Part shown: in pieces, positions 24,236 to 52,752 of the stretch
Numbering within the stretch: the first letter of the stretch is position 1
Layout of the letters: the number at the start of each line of letters is the position of its first letter
NCBI GenBank assembly: GCA_002269645.1
Contig: NIVC01000052.1
Coordinates: forward strand, 310,001 to 374,000
Direction: 5' to 3'
DNA from: Macrostomum lignano
Lineage: Eukaryota
DNA length: 64,000 nucleotides
The notes under the pieces: generated by a model
Seen by the model: only the letters and a program-made list of their open reading frames with translations
Databases searched by the model: none
What the model was told of the DNA's origin: nothing
Made by a program: the position numbers and the translations under genes

Positions 24236-26402
24236 CAGAATTTTCGGCGTTGTGAAATTTCGGTCTTATGAAGTTTCGGTCTTGTGAAGGGTAGTGCTTT
24301 TCGGTGTTGTGAAATTTCGGTCTTGTGAAAGCGACCCGTTTGAATGTTTTTTTCACTATGAGTCTTTCAATCAAGCAAATTGAACGTACGAGCGTAGAAA
24401 GCCGTCAGGAAAAAGAAGCCTTACTGACTATTGTGTTGGTCTGCGTTGACGGCTTGACGCATTTGACGCAGGCACAGCGCTATATCCTGCGTCAGTCACT
24501 GACGCATAGGGGGGTGTCATACAATAACAAAATACTCCCTATTAGACAGGACAAAATTGTGATTTACATGTATCTGCAAGAAATTAAAATTCCGATTATA
24601 AAAACAGTCTCATTCATTAATTATCCTCCCTCGAGTGCAGCTGCTGAGTATGCATTTTCCGCCTCCGGAGTCTGGACCCTTTCTGATAAAGGTGCGCGCA
24701 CGATTTGGTGATGCCACGTTGTCAAATACAGTTTTAAACAAACATTGCCTTAAGTTTTTACCCTTGCGCCTTGAACATGTAGTCCATCCAAAGCTTTAAT
24801 CAAAGTTTAAGAAATGCCACTTAGTGACTTAAGATCTAAGTTATCCGCCGTTTTTTACTTATTTTTTCCCCGGAGTCCCCGGGGTCCCCGGGGAATGACA
24901 GTAAATTACTCGGGTCCCCGATAAGAAAATTCCCCGGGGAATCGACATCCCTATGTACAACGATAACTTCTAGTAGTCCTTGGGTAGAATATCAATAGAT
25001 AATAGTTGAAGATTCCAGAATCTTCCGAATATTCTATACATTATAACTTGTAACTGAAATTATATACATGTAATAGTTTGTGACGCGTTAAATAATGCTT
25101 AGAAAGGCGAAGTTATTTTATGTATGTATTAATTTTACTTTTTAATGGCATACAAGCTGTTGAAACCCGCGGATTTTGAACCCGGGGAACTCTATTTCCC
25201 GGAATTATTAACTTTTGTCATTTAACTTTAACTTACAGAAAAAAATTAACGATTTTTGTTAACTAGTTAATACATAAAAAATTTAACGAAAATTTAACGA
25301 TTTTTAAAAAAATTTAACTAGTTAATTAACTAGTTAAACAATTAACTAGTTAACGCCCAGCACTGGAAATTATTATTAGAGACAGAAGTAACCCCTAGGA
25401 CACAAGTCATAAGTGCAATAAAAATTATATAAAGGCTTGAATATCAATAAAAACATTAAGTTATCTTAGTATTGAATATATTGAATAAGATGATTATTTC
25501 TGCATTCTGCTTAAAACCACAATGCAATGCCAATACTAACTTGGCTATTATCAAAAGGGTCTTTTTCTTATTACTAAAATAACTTTTGCTTGCCACTGAA
25601 ACAACTGTCATGGAATTGGAAACATCTTGTTACCAAAATGACTATAATCTGATGAATAATACATGAATAATAATTTTTAATAATTTGAATAATAATAGAA
25701 ATCAGCCATACTCATACTCTGTACTTTGTAGTTGACTCCTATTCACGTAGTAGTGATATAATTGTAAAAAATCTTTATAGACTAGCGATATATAACGATA
25801 TTTAATGTTAAATCACACTGAGTTACTTCTTGTATATATCAGGACTAGATATCTACTCTACTCTCTAGGCCTACTCTGTCTAACAGTTGCTAAAAACTAC
25901 AGTAACCTCTCCAGCTCTCACTGCTGCTCGTCTAGGATGGTGATTTCGTATTTTGCTGATACTTTCCTTAAATTTTTGGGTTTTATTGCATAAAAATATG
26001 TTAATTACAAAACCATAGTTCTAATTGATAAGCTCAGTATTTGTTTTTATCTTTACTGTCAAAGTGTAAAAACAAAATTTTGTTATAACCTAAAGCGAAA
26101 ATCTTTAAAACTTTTGAAATTTTCGCTGACGTTAACAGACTGCACTGTGGGACTTAGGCAGTCGTATGGAATAGTATATGCTAAGTTTTCTTTTTTTCTT
26201 TAGTCACTAATACTCTTCACTTGGAACTGAATCCCTTACCTAAATAAAATGCACTTCGCTGCTTAAAACTATTCGACAGTCACTTCGGAAGTAATGAATT
26301 TCCAGTAGCCATTGTAAAAATCAAGCCATAATTAGCATCCGTCTACTCAGCTGTTTGTGTAAAAACTGGCTATTGAGCAAAGTTTTATAACCTTGTAATA
26401 AA

Positions 26403-28833
26403 ATGGACTTTAAAAAAATTGCCGGAGGAATTACAGCTTCGATAAATCGGGCAGTTCAGGTAATTTTTCATTATTTTTGTTCCGTCTTTTTTACAGATTC
26501 ATTTATTATTAAGATGTTTAATTATAATAGGACAAATTAAATAAAAAATTAAAATACTTTGACAATCAACTTTCTCGAATGATTTACATAAATACTGTAT
26601 TTTCTATGAATAAAGTTTCGGTTTATATTCTTTGATTTTTTTATTACAGCTCACAGAAGAGAAACTGGGCCAGACTGAGCGCACTCAATATGACGCTGAG
26701 TTTGAGGCGCTCCTGCTGCTGGCCGACCGCTCCGAGAAGTGGACGGAGCGCATGGCCAAGGCGGCCGAGGCCGTGATGCAGCCCAACCCGGCCTACCGGG
26801 TGGAGGATTTCTTCAGCGGCAAGCTGGAAGCTGCCGGGCACCGGCGTCGGGAGCGGCCCTCGCCGCTTGAGGAGCTGGGCAGCGCGCTGGTGGCTGCCAG
26901 CACCGAGATCGGCGGCATTGGAGTCGACGAAGGCGGCGGCGGTGGGATCAAGTTTACTGCGCAGGTGACTGTGGAAGTGATAAGACATCCCTCAATAGCA
27001 CACAAGAAGCCTGTTGGGGGATCCCCATTTCCTGTAGCTCATAATCCCCAATTCCTGTAGCTAATAATCCCCATTTCCTGTAGCTCATAATCCCCATTTC
27101 TTGTAGCTCATAGTCCGCATTGCCTGTAGCTCATAATCCCCAATTCCTGTAGCTCATAATCCCCATTTCCTGTAGCTCATAATCCCCATTTCCTGTAGCT
27201 CATAATCCCCAATTCCTGTAGCTAATAATCCCCATTTCCTGTAGCTCATAGTCCCCATTTCCTATAGCTCATAGTCCCCATTTCCTGTAGCTCATAGTCC
27301 CCATTTCCTGTAGCTCATAGTCCCCATTTCCTGTAGCTCATAGTCCCCCATTTCCTGTAGCTCATAATCCCCAATTCCTGTAGCTCATAGTCCCCATTTC
27401 CTGTAGCTCATAATCCCCAATTCCTGTAGCTCATAATCCCCAATTCCTGTAGCTCATAATCCCCAGTTCCTGTAGCTCATAATCCCTTATTCCTGTAGCT
27501 CATAGTCCCCAGTTCCTGTAGCTCATAATACCCAATTCCTGTAGCTCATAGTCCCCAATTCCTGTAGCTCATAGTCCCCAATTCCTGTAGCACAAAACCC
27601 CATTTCCTGTGTACTTCAGAAGGTCATTTCTGCAGCTCAACATCCCCATCATCTGTGGTTCGAATCCTTTATTTTCACCCAGCCAGAATCCGAAATTCAT
27701 CTTCTTCCCAAAGGCTTCATCAGATGGCGCCACCACCACGGCCCGCTACGCGAAGTCGCTGGCGTTGGCGGGCCACGCTGAGCTGCGCCTCGCCCAGCTG
27801 GAGGCGGACTTCTTGGCCAGCTGCGGCAGCGCCTTTGTCGCTCCGCTGCGCGCCCATCTGGCTGGCGATGCGCGCTCGCTGCGTAAAGAACGCCGGTCGC
27901 TGGAGATTTTCCGATTGGATCTTGACTGGGCCAGGACCAGGCTGCGCAGGTGCGGTGATGATGAGGCGGCGAGGAGAGCGGTGAGTGGAGCACTGAAGCT
28001 GTACACTTCTGAATACAATGGCGGATCTAGAAGCTTATAATGCTGCCCGCTTACTAAATAATAGCGGCGCTTAATGAATGATAGCGGCGCTAACTGAAAA
28101 GACAATATGGCACTTACTGAATAATAAAGGCGCTTACTGAACTGATAGCGACGCTAAACGACAATAGCGCTTAATGAATGATAGCGGCGCTTACTGAAAA
28201 GACAGTGGCACTTACTGAATAATAAAGGCGCTTAATGAATGATAGCGGCGCTTACTGAAATTACAGCAGCGCTTACTGGAATGACAATGGCGCTTACTGA
28301 ATGATAGCCGGGATTACTGGAATGACAGTGGCGCTTACTGAATGATAGCGGCGCTTACTGAATGATAGCGGCGCTTACTGAATGATAGCGGTGATTACTA
28401 TACCAGCACTTACTGTAGAATTAGTTGGGTAGCAGCGCTTACTGTAGGATTTGGAAGATAGTGGCGCTTTCTGAAGAATGGTGAGTGCGGCGGCGCTTAC
28501 CAAAACGTTTTGAATGTCCTACCAATATACTACTGCAAGTAAAGTGAATTGGAAATTTCAGGCAGAACAGGAGTGCGACAAAATGGAGGCGGAATTTGAG
28601 CATCAGTTGCGAGTAACCCGACTGCTTTTAGAAGGAGTCAATGCTACTCATGTGAGCATATTTATTATATATTTTGCTTCGATTATTTACAATCCATATC
28701 TCTACACGTCACCATCAAGGACTACCACCTGAACTGCCTGAACGAGTTGGTGGCAGCTCAGCTGAACTACCACTCCGAGTGCCTGAATCGGCTGCAGCAG
28801 CTTCAGAGACAAATGGCCGACAAGACTGAATAA
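26403..28833 (+). CDS. SH3GLB1: Endophilin-B-like N-BAR protein lacking SH3, about 280 aa. Exons 26403-26459, 26650-26964, 27714-27980, 28562-28651, 28720-28833
   Basis: MDFKK..INRAVQ|LTEEKLGQTERT, MQPNP..RVEDF, LRKERR..RLDLDWARTRL, EFEHQLRVTRLLLEGV, HLNCLNELVAAQLNY. All joins are phase 0; the stop TAA overlaps AATAAA. Confidence 0.92.
27022..27606. repeat. 23-bp intronic minisatellite
   Basis: Unit tttcctgtagctcataatcccca. Confidence 0.95.
28045..28500. repeat. Degenerate ~20-bp intronic minisatellite
   Basis: Unit gcgcttactgaatgatagcg. Confidence 0.85.
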
Positions 28834-29401
28834 AGTTTTGTCCGTTTCTCTACTTGCAGTAGCAAGTTGAGCGTTTTTATCCAATTTCTGGATGCTAGTT
28901 CAACTGAAAGCCGACTAAAGGCGTTAAGCGAAAGATGTCCAACTGAACACTTCCGAAAATAGCAGCTTTGAATCACGGCTTCTTTTCCTTCTGATAACGC
29001 GTTTTTTACACTTATTTTGTTTTAATCAAATTTTGTTAAATCTCGCTTCCTTTTTTAAAAAATGCTCTTGAATTTTGAATTTTCAATTAAACCACGCCGT
29101 GGAAACTAGTCCTGAGATGCGGTGCAACTTTGCTTCCGTTTGACTATCGCGGGAAGACCACGCGATAATACTACTTACTGCGAGAGTAGCTTGAAGACAT
29201 CGGTTGATACATTTTTGTTACATGTATCTACATGTATGCAGAGATGTATTTTTATTTATTTAATCTTATAACGGTAAATTATGTGCTGCATTAAAATATT
29301 TTTTTTTCATAAGATGCTCATAAACTCTAAGTACATTATTGCCTATTAAATATATCGTTTTAATATCTATTTGAGCAGCTTTTTTGAATCAATTAGTATG
29401 C

Positions 29402-29663
29402 TCTAGACAAGGACTTCTATAATTAGCATCTGGAGTGGAAACGAGGTTTTGACTCCTTTGGATCTGTTGGGACATTTGATGGAATTCGCGGGAAAACCAT
29501 CGAAAAGAAAAGCCTAACAGGAACTGTCCTTCTCTTAAGCCACTTAGAATGACAAAATGCGCTGAGAGCACAGAGCCATAGACATTCAATGGTGGACGGA
29601 CGTGTAAAAAATTAAATTAATCTTTCCACTCCAGATGCTGATTATAGAACTCCTTGGCTCTAG
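29402..29663. mobile_element. ~260-bp MITE with ~40-bp TIRs
   Basis: tctagacaaggacttctataattagcatctggagtggaaa ... tttccactccagatgctgattatagaactccttggctctaga. Confidence 0.8.
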
Positions 29664-29784
29664 ATAACGCATAGCGCTGAATGAGGTTTGGCCATAGACA
29701 AATTCTGTCGATAAAAACCGAGATTTCTCGAGAGCCTACTAGGAGCCTTAGCTCCCTGCCACAGAAATGAATAAACGGGGAATA

Positions 29785-30086
29785 ACTGATACCATGATTA
29801 CACCTGCCATAATGAGCAGATGTGCAACCGACAGCTCAGCCGCAGCTATTGCGCAACGCATCTGAAGGCTGCGTACGGCTGTTCAGTCCAAGGACTGGGG
29901 GGTCGCCACACACCCTCTCAATTACCCCAGCTAATGCTGGCACCCATTTTACAGCTGGGTGAACTGAAGCAATGTAGAGTTAAGTGTCTTGCTCAAGGAC
30001 ACAAATTGTTGCGAGTGGGATCGGGAATCGAACCGCCGACCTTCAAGTCGTGAGTGCGAGGCTCTAACCACTAAGCTACAACCCCC
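29785..30086 (-). mobile_element. tRNA-derived SINE with a CORE-like central domain
   Basis: Minus strand: A box TAGCTTAGTGG, B box GGTTCGATTCC, then GTGTCCTTGAGCAAGACACTTAAC...CAGCTGTAAAATGGG. Confidence 0.8.
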
Positions 30087-30837
30087 AATAGTAAATTCAA
30101 TAGCGATAACGACATGTATTTGTACTATTTGAGGACAGTTGCATGGAGTCTGACCATAGACTACGCAAAAGTGCATAATTATGCTGGCATTAAAAATAAA
30201 AATAAGCTGTATTTATTGTTGTTATGCCCTCGAGAGCAAATCGGCGGCCAAGGCTTAGTGGATGCTGGTATTTGCATATATTTATTTGATATAATAATTT
30301 ATCAGGTTTGCAACAGATCTACCAGCTCACAATTAAACAGCAGTTTATATCTTCACAGACGTTCAGATTCTCACTACTAGCTGGGAATATAAAAATAAAT
30401 GTGTTGAGAGGGTTGCATACAATATTATGTGCTGTGTCCATGAGGTATGCTTTGTATTATTATGGAGAGCGAGAGAGAGAGAGAGAGAGCGCGAATTCGA
30501 AAGAGTGCCTCAAAACGTTCTGAAAAAAATAATAAAATTTGAACGTGCGCCAAAGTATGTTCAGTGCAGTAAAACAAATAAGCTTTAGTCAGATAGTATT
30601 GATTGCTGGGATTTGGGACTGTTATTTAGGAATAGCCCAGGGATTAGCGAGAATACAGGAAATGAGATAAATGTACTGCATACAGTGTAAAGTGCGGTCT
30701 GGTGCGAAATCACCCAATGCCAGTTTGCCTTATTCAATGCAGTCAGACAAATTTTTTGAAGTCAGAGCATTGTTGCTTGCGACGGGCAAGATTGCCGCTA
30801 TGACTTGCGAGTCTGGAAAATTAATTATCATTGTAGC

Positions 30838-31583
30838 TAAACTGTCTGTAAGCTGTAGCTAAACACTGTCTGTAAGCTGTAGCTAAACTGTCTGTAAGCT
30901 GTAGCTAAACTGTCTGTAAGCTGTAGCTAAACTGTCTGTAAGCTGTAGCTAAACTGTCTGTAAGCTGTAGCTAAACACTGTCTGTAAGCTGTCGCTAAAC
31001 ACTGTCTGTAAGCTGTAGCTAAACTGTCTGTAAGCTGTAGCTAAACTGTCTGTAAGCTGTAGCTAAACTGTCTGTAAGCTGTAGCTAAACTGTCTGTAAG
31101 CTGTAGCTAAACTGTCTGTAAGCTGTAGCTAAACTGTCTGTAAGCTGTAGCTAAACACTGTCTGTAAGCTGTAGCTAAACTGTCTGTAAGCTGTAGCTAA
31201 ACTGTCTGTAAGCTGTAGCTAAACTGTCTGTAAGCTGTAGCTAAACTGTCTGTAAGCTGTAGCTAAACACTGTCTGTAAGCTGTCGCTAAACACTGTCTG
31301 TAAGCTGTAGCTAAACTGTCTGTAAGCTGTAGCTAAACTGTCTGTAAGCTGTAGCTAAACTGTCTGTAAGCTGTAGCTAAACTGTCTGTAAGCTGTAGCT
31401 AAACTGTCTGTAAGCTGTAGCTAAACTGTCTGTAAGCTGTAGCTAAACACTGTCTGTAAGCTGTCGCTAAACACTGTCTGTAAGCTGTAGCTAAACTGTC
31501 TGTAAGCTGTAGCTACTGTAAACTGTCTGTAAGCTGTCGCTAAACACTGTCTGTAAGCTGTAGCTACTGTAAACTGTCTGTAA
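30838..31583. repeat. 22/24-bp minisatellite just downstream of the collagen stop codon (possibly in a 3'-UTR intron; donor CAG|GTATTG at 31590)
   Basis: Unit aaactgtctgtaagctgtagct. Confidence 0.95.
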
Positions 31584-31621
31584 GCAATACCTGCAGCAGT
31601 CAACCGTCCGTGACGCACCTT

Positions 31622-49080
<17,459 letters not shown>

Positions 49081-50384
49081 GCTGACCCCGACTGCGAAAT
49101 TCTGTCTCAGATGCAAGACTGCTCGGCGCGGAGCTGTCTTTCTTGCGTTAAAGATGAAATGCAGTCTAAACTGGGAGAGCTGTGCTGGGCCAGGAGAACT
49201 TCAGTACTATGGCGCGCAGGGGGACCAAGCTTGCAAGCGAAGCCTATTGGCTCATAGAGGTGCAGCCAATAGGCATGCGGATATTCACTCATAGACAGAT
49301 TCAGACTATAGTTGAGTTTGACGACATCACGACCGCTGGTAAATGACCCGACTGACACCTTTGAAAGGTACTGATATCCCTGCACCTGACACCTTGATTT
49401 GAGATGACATTTTGCTAGCGACCTGACAGACTACAGAGACCCAACATCCATTCGAGATCCGACATCTTTGTTACATAGCGACCTGACATCTCTACCCGAG
49501 CCCTGACACCTTTGTTACATAACGATCTGACATCTTTACCCGAGCTCTGACACCTTTGCCCGTAGTAGGCAGTCAATTTACTGGATCGCAATTCAAATCT
49601 GCGCTAATAAAATTACGAAATTAACAAAGCCGGAAAAAGTCAGTCAACAGAAACAGTTGTTCACACCCTTTCCGCAAGTACGCGGGGCCCTCCGACACAA
49701 AAATCCAAGATTTGTAATTTTTTTCCAATAGCAAATTTATATTAATTTTGTTATTATTATTAGTTACCTTGGATAACTACAGCCTGAGCAGATGGCACAG
49801 GGCAAGCGCACACGGCGGGCCAGCAGAACAGGTGTGGCAGCGGTAATGGCAACGGGAAAGGAGGCAGATGAAGCGGCTATGAATTAGTGGACGAGATTTT
49901 TAGCAAGCTTATTGCTGATTGGCCGGCCAGATTTCAACTTTCTAGCCCCCTGGCAGACAGCCACTCCATCCTCCGCCATCTGATTGGCCAACACCAATTC
50001 CTCCAAAAATACCAGGAATCAACGAAGCAGCAAGTGGGGCGTATGTACAGAAGACAAGCGGATGCTATATAAAAGGTGGCGGCAGTTACACGAGCATTCG
50101 GTGGGGGGGGGGGGAGAATGGCAGCTGATGAGTGAGTGGCACAGTAACAAGCAAAGCGTTCTGAGGGACTGGGAAAGCAAAGTTGCAGCACCGAGTGTCT
50201 TCTTCTAATGCTGTTGCATCTTTGAAATAGGAAAATGCCACCAACTTTGGCAGCGAGTGAGAAGTGGAGGAAAATCCTAAATGAATGCAGAGGAAGCCTT
50301 GGACGAGATTGGGTGGGAATTAAAACTAGGAAAAGGGTGAGATTAATGTAGAGACTGGTTAAGATTAAAGAGAGACTTTCTGAG

Positions 50385-50615
50385 ATTAATAGAGACTGGG
50401 AGAGATGAATTAAGAGACTGGGTGAAATAAATTAAGAAACTGGGTGAGATAAACTGAGAGACAGGGGTGAGATAAATTAAGAGACTGGGGTGAGATAAAT
50501 GAAGAAACTGGGTGAGATAAATCAAGAGACTGGGGTGAGATAAATTAAGAGACTGGGGTGAGATAAATGAAGAAACTGGGTGAGATAAATCAAGAGACTA
50601 AGGTGAGATAAATGA
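50385..50615. repeat. ~23-24-bp minisatellite
   Basis: Unit gagactggggtgagataaattaa. Confidence 0.85.
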
Positions 50616-51324
50616 AGAGAAAATGCTAGACAGGATGGAGATTAAAGACAACAAGTGAGACGGCAGGTTGCAAACCGGCTAAAGAGAGGAAAAGCAGACC
50701 AAATGAGGCAAGCAAAGGTAAGCAAGGAGAGACACAGCAGGTGAACAGAGCAAGTTGCCCAGCGGGCGGGTTTGAAAAGACAAGTTACAAAAAATACAAC
50801 AAAAAGGCTGGGGGCAATAGAGCATAAAACTTTGGATTAACTGCATTTAGTGCGTCTGCGGTGAGCGAATCAAATATACAGGTAATCAATCATAAGCAGA
50901 GACTGCAGTTGGTGAAGTTTTGAATTAGCAAATCAGATCAACTATTAGAGAGAAATTATGCAGCTGACTGAGAGACCAGCTGGGTGGGGACGGGGGACTC
51001 ATGGACTGCAACAGAATTTTTAATTTACTATTTAAAAAATAAATAAAAACTTGTAACCTGGACACGATAAAAAGCCAAGAGGGTCGTTCGGGAGAACAAA
51101 AGCAATAATAATAAGAAATACGCAGACACGGTTGTAAAACTGGCGGTCAAATATTTGGCAGCTGGGCTGGGTTGGCCAGTGAGTTTCCTGCGCGCGGCAG
51201 AATGTACATTGGAGGAGAGGAGAGGGGGTGGAGGCGGCGCCGCACTCTCGTTGAGGCGCATCAGGAAAAGAGGGGGGCAAAATGACAATGTACACGCCTT
51301 TCTAGCTTAACGGCAAATTTCCCT

Positions 51325-52082
51325 AAAGTGTACGCCAGAATGTACATTCCCCAGATGTACACTAGAATGTACATTCCCCAGATGTACACGAGAATGTACA
51401 TTCCGCAGATGTACACTAGAATGTACATTCCCCAGATGTACAGTAGAATGTACATTCCGCAGATGTACACTAGAATGTACATTCCGCAGATGTACACTAG
51501 AATGTACATTCCGCAGATGTACACTAGAATGTACATTCCCCAGATGTACACTAGAATGTACATCAGCTGATGCACACTAGAATGTACATTCCCCAGATGC
51601 ACACTAGAATGTACATTCCCCAGATGTACACTAGAATGTACATCAGCTGATGCACACTAGAATGTACATTCCCCAGATGCACACTAGAATGTACATTCCC
51701 CAGATGTACACTAGAATGTACATCAGCTGATGCACACTAGAATGTACATTCCTCAGATGCACACTAGAATGTACATTCCCCAGATGTACACTAGAATGTA
51801 CATCAGCTGATGCACACTAGAATGTACATTCCCCAGATGCACACTAGAATGTACATTCCCCAGATGTACACTAGAATGTACATCAGCTGATGCACACTAG
51901 AATGTACATTCCCCAGATGTACACTAGAATGTACAACACACTGGTGAACACTAGAATGTACATTCCCGATGTACACTAGAATGTACATTTCCCTGATGTA
52001 CCCTAGAATGTAAATTTCCCGGATGTACAATAGCATGCACATTCCGCTGATGTACACTAGAATGTAAATTTCTCTGATGTAC
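51325..52082. repeat. 27-bp minisatellite with an 80-bp higher-order segment
   Basis: Unit atgtacactagaatgtacattccccag; the variant catcagctga recurs at 51561, 51641, 51721, 51801 and 51881. Confidence 0.95.
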
Positions 52083-52752
52083 AGTTTTGGGTGTACAAAA
52101 GTACATTAGACCCTGGAACATGACAGGAAAAGCGTGTACATACAGTCAAACAAAGCAGATAATAGTAAAAAGCATACAGCAAAAGCTCCAAGCGTCATGC
52201 GCATAGAATGAGAATCAACCAACTCGCCTATTGCACGCACTGGGGCTGGCAGGCAGGTAAAAAATAGACAAAATAAATCGCTGACCGGGAACTGAGTCCT
52301 GTGTGAAATAAACGAAACTTATTAAAATAAGACTGGGTCGGGTTCTCAACCTCTGGCAAGATCAGCGGTTGTCGCTGATGAATCAGGTCTCTGGAGGCTC
52401 GGGGGGGGGGGGGTCGCAGCTCCCACTACCGGAAGACGGTGGGCGGCGGGCAGCGGCAGCGGAAAAGAAGTCAAAAAAGGTCAAAATAACTCATTATCAG
52501 GAAATAAATAGAAAGATAAATGACACGGAGAAAATGGGAAGCAAAATATAATAAAAAAATACATACAGAGATGGATAGGCTATTCCACACGGAAACAAGC
52601 GGAACTCGGGCCTGATAAAAAGCAGCTATGCTCACCAGTCTCTGCCAGTTTGATAACAAATTTGTACAGAATAGGGAGAGGCTGGGCGGGGACGAAGAGC
52701 AAGAGTAGGAGAAGACGCTCTGGCACACAACTGCACAGCCCCAAATGCCAGT

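Larger units (their letters stand above)
22079..24336. mobile_element. Mutator-like foldback element (~95-bp TIRs with ACCGAAATTTCACA repeats)
   Basis: 9-bp TSD CGTTTGAAT at 22070-22078 and 24337-24345. The sister hAT copy has only one copy of this site (about 60881-60890). TIRs start with GGG. Confidence 0.85.
21847..24953. mobile_element. Second hAT-like element (Ac-type TIR TAGGGATGTCGA) nested in the outer element
   Basis: TIRs tagggatgtcga / tcgacatcccta. 8-bp TSD TATACAAC/TGTACAAC (1 mismatch). Vestigial hAT dimerisation-like peptide PSSAAAEYAFSASG near 24625-24670. An uninterrupted sister copy lies at 60343-61121. Confidence 0.9.
21428..25365. mobile_element. Outer non-autonomous hAT-like element (TIR CAGTGCTGGG, AAGTTAA/TTAACT subterminal repeats)
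   Basis: cagtgctgggcaagttaa ... ttaacgcccagcactg, with a perfect 8-bp TSD GAAATTAT (21420-21427 and 25366-25373). Confidence 0.9.

Noticed and set aside
29785-30086. Functional tRNA genes at 30.0 kb and 54.5 kb
   Set aside because: Pol III boxes are present, but they are followed by SINE-type bodies and lack a complete cloverleaf or acceptor stem.
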